A stretch of 64,000 nucleotides of DNA from Octopus bimaculoides (taxonomy: Eukaryota). Positions 26,612 through 40,598 of this stretch are shown here, in pieces (the first letter of the stretch is position 1; each line of letters opens with the position of its first letter). The stretch is taken from contig NC_068981.1 in NCBI RefSeq assembly GCF_001194135.2, positions 37,590,761 through 37,654,760 on the forward strand, in the 5' to 3' direction. The notes beneath the pieces are model-generated. The model saw only the letters and a list, made by a program, of their open reading frames with translations. It was not told where the DNA came from and ran no database searches. The position numbers and the translations under genes were made by a program.

Positions 26612-27949
26612 CAGTCCTTTGTCATTTCTTTCATAAGGCTCAGCATTTTCAATTATTTAGGAACAAATGTTTATCAGTACAAAATGGTAATTACTGTAGA
26701 CTAAGATTTACACATTTCATCCATGTTGTCAACAGAAATAATGGAAGGTCAAAAGGAAAATGATGCATTAAGGGAAGTTGAGAAATTTGCATTAAAAAAC
26801 TCAGGTGAAATGGATTCCTACTCAGACTTGTGCAGATATCAGTTGGCAACTATGGAATGGTAGCAAACAGAAACAACTTTAAGCAAAGATACTGTCTGAA
26901 GCTAATATATCATTATAAGAACTTATAACCATTACTTTTAGTGTGTATGCATCGTACATTGGACTCTGTTTAAACTGTTACCTGATGTATTGCTAAAAGC
27001 AGAGACTAGAATTAACAACCTCAGAAGAAGAAAACCAGCAGGGTTGATTTGTGACTTAGCTCACAGTGGTTTACACATAATAAGTATTTATGATGATGTT
27101 TATGAAAGTAAATTTCCATTTTGAACTGATAAACATTTGTTCCTAGACATTTGGAAACAATATTTTGGAAAGAAGTATTTATGAAAATATAATGTATGTC
27201 ATAAAATAACTAAGTGCTGAAAGGTACTGGTGTAAACATGCTTTACATGATATAAATCTGAAAATTGTCAAACTTTTCCTTGTTCTTAAAGCCTGCATTT
27301 TACTGAATTATACCTATAAAAGTATTACATCATGAAATAAGAATAACATTTGCTTACTGTCCCTTAATATGTTTTAATCAATGACACAGATCAGGGAAGT
27401 TTTGAACTCATTAACTGTGGGTGTTAGACTTAATCCATCACCCAGTTTAAACCACAAATCTGGTCCACTCATGCAACATGCTTTGGGATGACATCTGTCT
27501 CAGGATAATTGCATCTCTTACATCCACTAGTCTCAGATGTTCTGTAAAGAGTCACAGTTATTGCCCTTCTCCCAAACTAGACCATTAAAACAAAAGCCAA
27601 GCATCTAAATATTCACCATCTTTATCAACACTAAAAGAATATACTAATAACGGTTGCTTTCTGGAATAATTTTGGAAGAAGCATTGAGAAGGCTTGAAGA
27701 TATTCTGATTTTATTGCAGTCATTGATTCTAATAGGTGAAGAATTTAACTTAAAATTTATCTGAATACAAATAACATATCGATTGGGTTTTCTTATCATC
27801 ATTTCTTTTATGTCATACGTATCACAAAATAGTTCTACATGCTTCTCTTTAAAATATTTTTCAATATTCTGAGGTTCCTATGTACTTTAATAGTTTAAAT
27901 AGCATTTTGTATTGGCTAGCATCATTGTCTTATAATGCTGTGTATTTGT

Positions 27950-28720
27950 GAATGTCTTGATTTAATTAGTCAAGATCTTTCTATGAATTAAGCCTAAATT
28001 GTCTATGTGTGCTGCAGTAACATCCTCCCAAGTATGAAAATAGTGCTCTATTGTGAGTCCCAAATGAGCTTTGTAGAGAGTTCTGGGGAGGTGCTGAAGT
28101 ATTATCAGGCTTTGAAGATGTAGACCAGTATAAGATGAAGAATTTGGAGAACCAAACCATACCATGAGGAATATTCAGACTGGATAAGACATGGGTAAAA
28201 GAGAACTCCGTCAGCATACGTTGTGGAAGTACAATCTGACAGAAAGCCACTAATCTGAAAAATAGAAAGTAGATAGAGCCCAGAGGCAGGCAATTTTTTC
28301 TAAGAGATTCCTGTAACAAACATTATCAAAAGCTTTCCTGATGTGGGCAATAATATTTCTTACACAAAATGGTAAGTCCACTAGTGACATAAGAGAATAG
28401 ATATTCAGTGTGGTAGTAACAAAGGTGGGAAAGGGATTCAGAGAGAAGTTTGTTGTTAATGGTTATCTCCATTACGCATCAGATATTAAGCGTGAGTGAA
28501 ATATGTTCGTAGTTGCTATTTACCTAGAGTATGCAGCAGATAGTTGATGGTAAAATGATCTCAAATGTGGAGGTTTTCTCTGCAAAAGTATGGCTCGCAG
28601 TACAACCTCATAGTTGAGAAGTGGAGGAAAGGAGGGTTAGCCATAATTTGGGAAGCAGGATAGCTTCAAGGGTATGTGATGGCATAGATGTAAAAGTTTA
28701 ACATTGTACATATCATTCCT
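27950..28720 (-). mobile_element. Ty3/gypsy-like integrase relic
   Basis: Fragments read 'WYGLVLQILHLILV..KPDNTSAPPQNSLQSSFG' (cf. WxxxLPxVLLGxR..KxD...SPAELVYG), with a decayed upstream core. Confidence 0.45.
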
Positions 28721-29594
28721 ATATATTACACTTATACAACATTATATGCTAAACATTTCTCAGTGATAAACAAGGCAATTCCTGATGACTGTCTAAATCT
28801 CCCTAGATTTTTTTTCTTTGTTTTCTATTCTGCCTGGTGAGAGAGAGTTTTGCAGCAAAGAAGTAGAAATATTGATAGGTAAGTATCTTCATACAAATTA
28901 TTCTCTTGAAAGCATGTAGATAATGAATATTATACTTCTTTTGGTGATGATGAAGAAAGAAATACAGCTATTTTCCTGGATAACTATGGCTAGTAAGGAT
29001 AAACAATTTTTGTAATAAGATATATGTATATTCGGGAGAAGATAAAGGTAAAAGTAATCTATAGAGTAACATGTGGTCAATTATAAGCTGAATGACTGTA
29101 ACCTATATAGAATGACAAGCAAATAAAACTTGTTTAGGGAGCAGCATAGTGAGACAAGTTGAAGAAAATCTAATGGATTGTCAAAGTTCCGAGGTATATT
29201 TATGTAATAAATCCTTTGATTAGATTAGGAAAATGTCATGTCATTTAAGAAGACTGGTTGGTTGATGAAACACAGAAGCTAAGCTCTTTATAGCTGCACC
29301 CACAACGGTTGATGTAAGATAATTGTATTATGAAGGCATCTTCAGAGTAGCTGCAGAGATGTGGTTCTGACTACTGTCAATGCAGTTTATAAAAAAAAGG
29401 AAAACTAGTTTTTTCCTGGAATTCTGTTTATAAGAATTCTGTTATGCAACATAGTCTCAGTAAAAGACTAGCAATCTATAATCATTTCAGTAAAAAAAGA
29501 TAACATGAAATACTGTGAATGGAAGAACTTAAAATAAAAATGTAGACGTTATATCTTCTTTTACTAAGTCTATCGCTGCTGGTTACAACAAACC

Positions 29595-30680
29595 ACATGT
29601 CACAGATTTATCAGGCACCCTATCAACTGAGGATATACATTTACTAAGTCTTGGTCCAAAATTGATTTTAGGTCTGTGAGTTAATGAAAAACTAAAGCTT
29701 GATATAGAAACTAAATTCTGCAGAACAGCTCACCAACTAAAACAGATATCAAATTTACACCCCACATCACCATCCTTCTGTAATATTATTTGTAGCTCTA
29801 CCTCTGCTATGACCACTACTAGATTACCTACCTACCACCTAGACAACCTGCTTCATCTTCCTTATTGTAACCCTGAACTTAAAGTTAAACTAATAAGACT
29901 CAAACATTCTATTTTCAAATCTTTACAAAAATATGAAACCTCTCTTTCATCTCTCTCGGTCACAATTACTCACTCTATGAAACCAACATTTTAAAGATCT
30001 TATATATGTACCTTCACACGAAAAGAGTGATTTTCATGTTATCAATAAGAAAAATACAAAAAAGCTAGCATTTGCATACCCAGACAACACTATATTATAT
30101 GAAAATTTCAACAACTTCACTTTTAGCCAGCTCAAAGCTATTTTAAACATCTGCTAGATGAATATCTGTGAAGTGAGATGTCTTTCAAACAAGATAAAGT
30201 GCAACTTCATCACAAGAAATGGCATACTCCTCACCTATCACCTCATAAAAACACATAAACCAGACCAAATTTAAAAATTAGACTTATTATCTCCAATATT
30301 ATTGGACATCTCTACAAAAACCACTTGGCTTCTCTCTGTATATTCTCAAGTCACTACTTCAACCCCCCCCGCAGGACATGCTAGAAGCTCCACCAAACTC
30401 ATCAACAAATAAAGAGAGTTCATCCCATCCATATTTAGGAAAATTAGCTACCCTTTTAGCTTAAATGTTGTTTCCCCATACACCTCTGTTTCTGCAACCC
30501 CAGCTATCAACTTATTAATTGCCTCCTCTCACAACCTTAACTGCTTTGGGCTCATAGCTCCATGATCTCTTAACTGCTATAATGGACAACACCTTCTTCC
30601 AGCTAGATGAGTCAATTTACAAACAAATATCTGGACTGCTGATGAGTGAAGCTTGAACTTTCTCAAGAAGAACTTGAATT
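29595..30680 (+). mobile_element. Penelope-like reverse transcriptase relic
   Basis: Reads 'VTDLSGTLSTEDIHLLSLGPKL', 'KIRLIISNIIG', 'HIPL' and 'FQLDESIYKQISGLLMS' (cf. FxFxxxxYxQxxGLxMGS). Confidence 0.75.
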
Positions 30681-31899
30681 AAACTCAAAGAAAAATCATA
30701 CATACACACATACATATGTACGTACACACATACATGCATACATACGTACATACGTACATACATCCATACATACATACAAACTTACATACATAGAAATATT
30801 AGACCATACAAAGTAGGGAAAAAGAGTGTTTTCATTAAAAAATTCGAGTAACTTTGGCTTTTATTTAATTAGCCCTCCCATAGTAAGGAACATCTAATTC
30901 AAAATAACAAGGTATGGGTATGTATAGTTAGTATTTTTGTCTTGTAGTTTTCAAGTTTGGCCTCTACTGCAATTCTGTTGCTTATGAAGCCTTCTTGTTG
31001 TTGATGCTAATGTTTACTAGCTATTATAGGAAATGCAATAAAATCTACTCTATGTATCAGCAAAATCTTATTGAACCTAACATTTAATTCTGCCAGGATT
31101 AATAAAATAAGTAATATTAATGTACTAAAAGCTTAAATTTCACTTTAGTAAAAAGCTTCTTATGCCTAAATATGAATTCACTATTCTAAAATTTTGCAAA
31201 ATGTTTAGTACAGAAAGAGAATTAAGATCCCAGTTAGCCACATTTGTGAACTTCTGTTTTTTTTTTAATGTTACCTGTAGAAGCCATTCTATTGTACATA
31301 TGCATCTATTCTCTAAGGAAAGGTGCATACATCAAAACATCCCATTTCCGCTCTCTCTAAAAATATACATATATGTATCTCTCTTCAAAGGAAACCAATA
31401 TTTTAAAAATGAATGCATGCATGCACGTAAATGAGTGTGCTCATGCATGCATGTGTGTATGAGCTTAGCAATTTAGTTGAGCAGTTCATGTTAGATGTAT
31501 CCATTATCCCATTTTACCACAATTTAGATGACTGAAAATTCAAGCATTTCTATGATAAGTGGCAATAAGAATTGTTTTCTCTATTGTGTGTTCTCCCTTA
31601 TGCTATGACCAATCAACTATGATATGGAAATATCATGTATTTTTTCAGTGAAGTATTAATGTATTGCAAAATATTAAGGATATTCCAGTTCTCTTATTGT
31701 TACTGTAGGATTTCACTCTACAGCAAAGCATAGCTTCCTGTATCTTGGATATGTGCAACATTTATTTATATATTAATATTATAATACCGAGAGTACATAA
31801 TAGGTTCACAGCGGCTCGTAATGCTATTTTCCTTATGAAGTAAGTCCTAGAGCTTTGGTTATGTATTTGTTTGCTATTATTTTGTGCCTATAGTAAAAA

Positions 31900-32930
31900 G
31901 GATTATTATTATTATTATTATTATCATTATTATTGTTGTTGTTGTTCAGTTGTCTTAACTTTGCTGCATTACCAAGTGTAGCTCTCTGTGCCATTGGAAT
32001 GTGTTGTGTTTTCAATAACGCATATACTGTACACTTGTCTATGTTACCTAGCAGTGTTATTTTCCATATATTGGGCATTTTCTAAGTCCTAGATTTTGGT
32101 CATCATTTTTTACATTTACAAGGTCCATATTTTAATACGGATTGCTTCAGTTTTCTCTTGTATTTTGATAATTTCACCAACTCTTTTAGAGATACATTAT
32201 CATCAGTTGGCACTAGATTGGAAAGTATGTCTTTTCCCTAGTTTTCTTTGATAACAATATTTGGTAGATTAGTCTCACTTGCCCATGTTTCTCTAGCATT
32301 TCTTCTCTGTAAAAGTATTTATTTTGAAGCCAATTGCAGAATTTGCTGTATGAAATTTTTTCTCATCAATGTTGGAGGTTTGCTGGCTCTTCTCTCTCTT
32401 TCTCTCTCTCCATCTTTTTATCTCCTGTCAGAATAGTGCAATGAGTTAAAATATTCCAATGTTGTCTTTTCTGTTTCACTGAGTTTTATAATCACTGTTT
32501 GGACTAATGGTTTCAAATGCAGTAATTTTTAGGCTGGTTACACATATTTTTATTCTCTTCCTCATAAACGTTAGTAATCCGTTTGCATGTCATTTTAGAC
32601 ACATTTATTGTTTTCTCTTCTTCGTCAATGTTAGGAAGCTGCTTGCATGTCTTTATAGATAAATTTTCATTTTGTTTTCTTCTTCTCATCAACTTTAGAA
32701 ACAGATATATTTTTACTTTGCTTTCTTTCATCAATGTTGGAAACTTTCTTACTTGCCCATGATGTGTCCACTCAATCCTACACCACCAGCTATACCTTCT
32801 CTTCATGGTAAAATATTTTGTCCAATGCTCTAATGGTTCTACCAGAAAGTATTGGAAGAAGTGGTGATAGAAAAAAACCAGTGAAGTGGAAGAACAGTAT
32901 TGGAGTATTTTATTTGTCTTATTGTACATT
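31900..32930 (-). mobile_element. 3' portion of an R4-like RLE LINE ending in an (AAT/AAC)n tail
   Basis: Reads 'AGGVGL', 'PNIVIKE..VPTDDNVSLKELVKLSKYK' and 'AQRATLGNAAKLRQL', followed by a trinucleotide tail. Confidence 0.7.
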
Positions 32931-32999
32931 TGTGAGTGTGTGGAGAGGTGGCTAGTGGGCTTCTAACTCAGGTGAGAAAATGCTGTAACTAGTTTCAAA

Positions 33000-33500
33000 A
33001 TAACAATGAGGGTCCCCTAATCCCTTATCTGGTGGGCAATGCAGAAACTGGGGATTGACGAATGATTAATAAGGGCTGTACAGGCCCTATACAAAAATGC
33101 CGTTAATAAGGTTAGGGTTGGCAATGAGTATAGTGAAGAATTCTGGGTAGAAGTAGGGGTCCACCAAGGATTAGCTCTCAACCCCCTCTTATTCATCACA
33201 GTACTCCAGGCAATAACAGAGGAGTTCAAGACAGGTTGCCCCTGGGAGCTCCTCTATGCTGATGACCTGACCTTCATAGCAGAATCCCTACCAGAACAAG
33301 AGAAGAAATTTTCAGGTGTGGAAGCAAGGTTTAGAATCGAAGGTCCTTAGAGTCAATGTCACAAAGACCAAAGTTCTAGAAAGTAGGAAGGTGAACACAT
33401 CACACACCCCTTCAGGTAGGTGGCCCTGCTCAATCTATAGAATATGTGTGGGTAGAAACTTCATAAGATGTACCCAGTGTAAGCTATTGGTGCATAGATA
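33000..33500 (+). mobile_element. RTE-clade LINE reverse transcriptase fragment (relatively young)
   Basis: Reads 'RVP*SLIWWAMQKLGIDE*', 'GVHQGLALNPLLFITVLQAITEEFKTGCPWELLYADDL' and 'WKQGLESKVLRVNVTKTKVL'. Confidence 0.9.
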
Positions 33501-33634
33501 TAGCATGCCCAGCTAGCAACAAGGTATGTGATAAAGAAGAAAGAAAGGTTGATAGATATGACAGGTTAGCTTGTGAGGTTAAGCATCTGTTGTCGCTGAA
33601 AAAAGTAGTAGTAATAGTAGTAGTAGTAGTAGTA

Positions 33635-33860
33635 GTAGTAGTACAAATAATTGTTGGAGCACTGGGAACAGTGAGTAAAAATCTTGAGAATTACAAATAG
33701 GGACTGCAATAAGGGTGGAACACCTGCAGAAAACAGCACTGCTTGGAACAGCTCGAATACTCCAGAAGGTACTCAAAAAATAAGAGGCGTTACCTTAGTT
33801 CACTAGTAATGAACAGCTGACACCGTAGTACATCTCCAGTGATAGAAGCTGTGCAAAGAC
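33635..33860 (+). mobile_element. RLE-type LINE C-terminus fragment
   Basis: Reads 'IIVGALGTVSKNLE...HLQKTALLGTARILQKVL'. Confidence 0.8.
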
Positions 33861-33875
33861 ATTATGATGATCATG

Positions 33876-33923
<48 letters not shown>

Positions 33924-34079
33924 TGAGATGTCTGACAACAGGCTGCTGTCTGCTCTCACAGAATCAACCAGAGCAAACAAGACCCAGTGCTCTGAGAAGC
34001 AGAACAACAACAATAATAATAACAATAATAATAAATGCCCTGATTCAATGCCAAACAGTGGCTCTTCTGATCCTAACTG

Positions 34080-34580
34080 ATTGAACATGTACATGTCTTG
34101 TCTTGGTGTAAAAGATGGGCTACAGCAAATATTCTGCTCACTACCACAGACTTCTGTCAGTTGCCTGACTATAGCCAGTTGAGCATGTCTCTTAGTAGCT
34201 GACGATATGTACATCTCTGATGATGAGCAACAGTTGCAGGGGAACATCATAACCATATGTTGAGAGGGTTCTTTGGTGTTTGAATAATTCACCACTGGAA
34301 ACATGGTTTTTGATCATCATCCTTAAACAACCCTTATTCAGGAATCTTTTGAGCAGGACGGGCTACTCAACTTGAAAAAAAATTCCTACTGGGCTCCACC
34401 TGCGAGGTCATATGCAGTTTATCTTGATATGAAGTTACTATGTTGCATACTTATTGTTGTGATACATGTCTTGTGTACCCTTATCAGATGGATGATCATG
34501 ATGGGTATTTTGGGCTTTGTATATTGGATCTCATCTTCACTTTGATGGCATATGTTGCTCTCTCACCCAATAATAATAAA
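34080..34580 (+). repeat. About 500-bp interspersed repeat (family E) with an (AAT)n end
   Basis: Colinear with 62240-62765 (e.g. 'gatgggctaca.caaatatt.tgctca', 'catccttaaacaaccctt', 'gtgtacccttatc'). Confidence 0.8.
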
Positions 34581-35541
34581 AATAAAGCCAAACATAATAG
34601 AATTAGTATACAGGTGGGTGAAATTATTTGCCAGGTTTAGTTATATTTGATCGTTTTTTACCAATGTTAATCATTTGAACTAACTGATACCCTTCAAAGT
34701 GTATATGTTAAAGACAATTACCAATAGTACAAGGTAGGATTCCAACACACCATCAATGGAAACATTTGTCCAGTGTCTTAACCAGTGCAACTAAATTAAA
34801 ATCTTAGATTGAGTGGGAACCATATTAACACTGAAATATTTCTTTCACAAAGTTTATGAATTTATTACATTCCCTTATAGTAGTCCTCACCTGTTGGCAT
34901 ATATCAACACCTATGAGCTACAGAGAAGATTACCATCTATGCTCTATAATTATCATGCAGAAGTCATAATCATAGAAGTAGTTAGAAAAATGCAGCATCA
35001 CATTATTTGCATCCCAAGACCTCACCAAAATATAGAGTTACTTATTATTTATTAACATTTTAAAATAATGTTTGTTTTGTTTTTTCTAAGACATGAAAGA
35101 AGAAATGAAAATGTTGAACTGATATCACACCTGATCGATGATTAAAATGGAATTATTCTTATGGCTTCTAGTATCGATAGCAACAACAACGAATTCAAAC
35201 TATTGCAACAACACCAGAACAGCAAATACACTGATATCAATGAAATGCAGCAATCATAGCAACACTAGAGTCAATGATGATGATGATGAGCATGATCCTG
35301 ATTATGATAAATGATCTTGATGATGGAGATGGTGATGATTTCATGATTAAGTACAGAGCTTTTTGGCAATATGTACAGTTGTAGATAGGAATTCAGAGTT
35401 TGCCTTAAAATGCAATACACAGTTCATTCATTTACAGGCATGCACTTGATCTTTTGATGAGAAATATTTTAAACAATAATAATAAATATAACAACAACAA
35501 TAATATTATTAATAATAATAATGATGAAAATAATAATATTA

Positions 35542-35595
<54 letters not shown>

Positions 35596-35600
35596 GTGCT

Positions 35601-36950
35601 CATGGGAACTGCCCATATCCTACGTAAAATACTGTCTATGTGATCTCAAATTTTAAAGCAAACATAATTTTCTTATGGTTTCTTAAACATTCACTAGAAC
35701 AAAACTGTACAAATCCAAATATATGGTACCCTAGGCATAACACCTACATGAACTTCTAACTTGTTGTCTCTTGAGGTCTCTGGGTGAGACTTGGATCCAA
35801 CTTGTACAAATGCAAANNNNNNNNNNNNNNNNNNNNNNNNNNNNNNNNNNNNNNNNNNNNNNNNNNNNNNNNNNNNNNNNNNNNNNNNNNNNNNNNNNNN
35901 NNNNNNNNNNNNNNNNNNNNNNNNNNNNNNNNNNNNNNNNNNNNNNNNNNNNNNNNNNNNNNNNNNNNNNNNNNNNNNNNNNNNNNNNNNNNNNNNNNNN
36001 NNNNNNNNNNNNNNNNNNNNNNNNNNNNNNNNNNNNNNNNNNNNNNNNNNNNNNNNNNNNNNNNNNNNNNNNNNNNNNNNNNNNNNNNNNNNNNNNNNNN
36101 NNNNNNNNNNNNNNNNNNNNNNNNNNNNNNNNNNNNNNNNNNNNNNNNNNNNNNNNNNNNNNNNNNNNNNNNNNNNNNNNNNNNNNNNNNNNNNNNNNNN
36201 NNNNNNNNNNNNNNNNNNNNNNNNNNNNNNNNNNNNNNNNNNNNNNNNNNNNNNNNNNNNNNNNNNNNNNNNNNNNNNNNNNNNNNNNNNNNNNNNNNNN
36301 NNNNNNNNNNNNNNNNNNNNNNNNNNNNNNNNNNNNNNNNNNNNNNNNNNNNNNNNNNNNNNNNNNNNNNNNNNNNNNNNNNNNNNNNNNNNNNNNNNNN
36401 NNNNNNNNNNNNNNNNNNNNNNNNNNNNNNNNNNNNNNNNNNNNNNNNNNNNNNNNNNNNNNNNNNNNNNNNNNNNNNNNNNNNNNNNNNNNNNNNNNNN
36501 NNNNNNNNNNNNNNNNNNNNNNNNNNNNNNNNNNNNNNNNNNNNNNNNNNNNNNNNNNNNNNNNNNNNNNNNNNNNNNNNNNNNNNNNNNNNNNNNNNNN
36601 NNNNNNNNNNNNNNNNNNNNNNNNNNNNNNNNNNNNNNNNNNNNNNNNNNNNNNNNNNNNNNNNNNNNNNNNNNNNNNNNNNNNNNNNNNNNNNNNNNNN
36701 NNNNNNNNNNNNNNNNNNNNNNNNNNNNNNNNCATGGGAACTGCCCATATCCTACGTAAAAAACTGTCTATGTGATCTCAAATTTTAAAACAAACACATA
36801 ATTTTCTTATGGTTTCTTAAACATTCACTAGAACAAAACTGTACAAATCCAAATATATGGTACCCTAGGCATAACACCTACATGAACTTCTAACTTGTTG
36901 TCTCTTGAGGTCTCTGGGTGAGACTTGGATCCAACTTGTACAAATGCAAA
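35601..36950. other. Gap-flanking duplication: 35601-35816 repeated at 36733-36950
   Basis: 216 versus 218 bp, identical except for two substitutions and a 2-bp indel, lying either side of the N-run 35817-36732. Confidence 0.9.
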
Positions 36951-36968
36951 GCAAAAGTCAAACATGAA

Positions 36969-37003
<35 letters not shown>

Positions 37004-39124
37004 GTAAAAATGAAACTACTTAACAATAATAATAGTAATAATAATAATGATAATCATAATATAATTTTTGCTTACTTATCAATAACTAACTTGCAAAAAA
37101 TAAATGTGAAACAAAAAGATCTTCAGACAAAAATTTAAAACTGGATCTAATTCTTGCTTCAACTATAGAAATTGTAAAAATAAGAAGTGATTTATTCCAT
37201 TGCTTTTGATTAAGTCTATGTTGCTAAATGATAGGTTAATGACAGTTAAAGTTTGCAACTTACTGATACTGGTGATAAGGTTTGTTGGTTCTATTAATAG
37301 TTAAGACGTTTTGAACTCAACACATGCCATTGTATTTACATGTAAACTCATTGCAATTTGATTTTAAAATCATTAAACCTTTGTTTTATAAGCTTTATAA
37401 CCGCTATTGATTTTCTCCCCTGAATGGTGGTATCCCACTGGTGTGAAATTCAAGAAACTGAAAGAAAATACTTCGTGTTGTTATTCAGGAATGAATCATT
37501 ATTCAAAGCTAAACCAGTGTTTCTTATTCCTAATTCTCAAGCAACTGAACAATAAGAATTAGAAACTAAAGGCACTGACTCAGCTTTAAATACATATCGG
37601 TTATATTTCCTATGCATCACATCCTGTTTCAAAGAAGCATCGATATCGTCATCAGAACTACTCATCGCTACAGCTTATCTAAAACCAAAGACTACTTTAT
37701 ATATCAGTTTTGTAGATTCACTAAAAAGATAGAGACACCGTCTCTAAACATATCAAGAAAATGATTTTGCATTACACTCAATCTATTCACCAACAAGCTA
37801 CAACTTTGTCCCACAAAGTTCTGTCAAAGCAATCTTTGATAATGATTTCAAATCCGTAGTATTGCTAAAATTGCATCTCCCAAACAATGGTGTCTCCAAT
37901 GAAATACATCACCTCTATTCAGTTGCTAATTTCCACAAAAAAGATGGCAAGTTGGTAAAATCATTAAAAAACTGGAAAATGTTTTACAACATATCTTCTG
38001 ACCCTTTATATTCTTAGTCTAGTTCCTGCAGATGTTAACTTTTTCTTTCATCCTTGGAGGTGAGGAGGAGGGGTCGATAAAATAAAGTAGTACCAGTCAA
38101 GTCCTGAGGTCAATGTAATCGATTGTCTCTCCTTTAAATCTACTAGCCTTGTGCCAAAATTTGAAACAATTTCCAATAAAATTTAATTGTGACCCACAAA
38201 AGAGTTATGGTGTCATATTTGAGGTAGTGTTGTTGCTGTACTGAATTCAGGCTCTCAGCCAGATAAATCAAAACTGCCATGGCAATGAAAGGAGAAATAA
38301 AATTTGTGATGATGGTCTTTCATAAAAAGCACTATTGAAGTAAATGAAGCATTTCGAAATTATTCATTTATTTGGCAATATCATTGCTAAGGTTCTACTC
38401 ACCTATCTTCCCCATTAAAAACTGTACATTTATCTGTTTCAAAATTCCAGAATTAACGAAGTCATTCAGTTATTCTGATATTAATTTATTTTGATGCTTA
38501 ATCAATACTGATTAGAGTAGATTTAGCGTCAAAAATTAATCTCTTTGTTTGATGAAAGGAAATATGTAGAATATAATTCATATACATATGTATTTTTCAA
38601 TGCAATCAGAATTCTGTTGGTCACATTAGCAGATGATTTCAAACTACGTTAGCCAATTAAACAGCTCTACTATCTAACAAGAGTGAAATGTCAGTGCTAC
38701 ACATTAATAACATAAAAAACAAACAAACAAGCAACAATAAAGACATCGTAATTTCTTCCTCTCTTTAAAAGTGTTTGCAAAGTAGATTAGTGCATCTTGG
38801 TGGTTTTGTTTCGTTCACTCATGCAATGTTCTCAATAATGCCACCTAATTGACCGTATGAACAATGGTAAATTAATTGATTACATTTTTCTCTAATGCCC
38901 TGGAAGCCATATTTACTTTAAAGTAACGAAAAAATTTTCCAGCATACACAATGTGCACATTTGCATGAATTTAGACTTATATGAACAAATTACACACACA
39001 AGCATACACTGATACATGCATATCTATATGTCATCAACATAGTTTCCATATATGTATCAAATTAAGTGTGGGAACATCTCTCTCTCTCTCTCATTTTCAA
39101 AGATACTCATTCATTCAATGTAAG

Positions 39125-39178
<54 letters not shown>

Positions 39179-39867
39179 TATATATATATCATCATCATCA
39201 TCATCATCATCGTTTAACGTCCGCTTTCCATGCTAGCATGGGGTGGACGATTTGACTGATGACTGGTGAAACCGGATGGCAACACCAGGCTCCAATCTAA
39301 TTTGGCAGAGTTTCTACAGCTGGATGCCCTTCCTAACACCAACCACTCAGAGTGTAGTGGGTGNNNNNNNNNNNNNNNNNNNNNNNNNNNNNNNNNNNNN
39401 NNNNNNNNNNNNNNNNNNNNNNNNNNNNNNNNNNNNNNNNNNNNNNNNNNNNNNNNNNNNNNNNNNNNNNNNNNNNNNNNNNNNNNNNNNNNNNNNNNNN
39501 NNNNNNNNNNNNNNNNNNNNNNNNNNNNNNNNNNNNNNNNNNNNNNNNNNNNNNNNNNNNNNNNNNNNNNNNNNNNNNNNNNNNNNNNNNNNNNNNNNNN
39601 NNNNNNNNNNNNNNNNNNNNNNNNNNNNNNNNNNNNNNNNNNNNNNNNNNNNNNNNNNNNNNNNNNNNNNNNNNNNNNNNNNNNNNNNNNNNNNNNNNNN
39701 NNNNNNNNNNNNNNNNNNNNNNNNNNNNNNNNNNNNNNNNNNNNNNNNNNNNNNNNNNNNNNNNNNNNNNNNNNNNNNNNNNNNNNNNNNNNNNNNNNNN
39801 NNNNNNNNNNNNNNNNNNNNNNNNNNNNNNNNNNNNNNNNNNNNNNATATATACATATATATATATG

Positions 39868-39941
<74 letters not shown>

Positions 39942-40391
39942 ATATAAATAAGACATGTATATGCATATATACATATGTATATGTACATACTTAAATCTAT
40001 ATGTATATATATGTATATGCATATGTGGGCACAAGATATCATGAAACGTGCACAACAAAAAATATGAAGTACGAGTGCATGGAATATGAACTATTTTTTC
40101 GAACAATGAAAGACACAAATGGAATACAAGACTAACAACATAAAGAACGATCTTCATCTGTTGTTGACTGTTTTTCTAGTCTCGTATTTCAAGCATTTAG
40201 CAACAATATACACTTTCGATAAAATAGTTGCTCTCGCAAAGCAAATTGAATCAAAGTTAAGATTTTGTGGAGGGTCAAAATTGGTAACACAAACAGGACA
40301 GGAAAAAAAAAAACAGGAAGGGCTGCTAAGCTTAAATAAGGTTGTGGCGGCGAACACATAGATCAAGCTTGAACAGGAGATAGACAAGAAC

Positions 40392-40483
40392 ATGTCATCC
40401 TTGCTCCAGCTACAATGGAGAGAAAGAAAGAAACACAAGTTAGGAGAAGACAGAAACATAGCCGATGGTCACGTGGGAGCCAC
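40392..40483 (+). CDS. Candidate coding exon (MSSLLQLQWRERKKHKLGEDRNIADGHVGA...), product unknown
   Basis: ATG at 40392 with the frame open from 40362 to a consensus donor AC|GTGAGT at 40483/40484. No downstream exon identified. Confidence 0.25.
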
Positions 40484-40525
40484 GTGAGTAAGGGAGGAGG
40501 GGTGAGGGAGAAAGCGTGACAGAGT

Positions 40526-40598
40526 AATAGAATAGAATAGTGGGAGAAGAGGCTCTCTTATTCTTTTACCTCCTCTTCTCCCACTATTCTAGCCTATT
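40526..40598. repeat. Hairpin: perfect 20-bp stem, 19-nt loop and a 5-bp basal extension
   Basis: 40533-40552 (tagaatagtgggagaagagg) is the exact reverse complement of 40572-40591. Confidence 0.92.
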
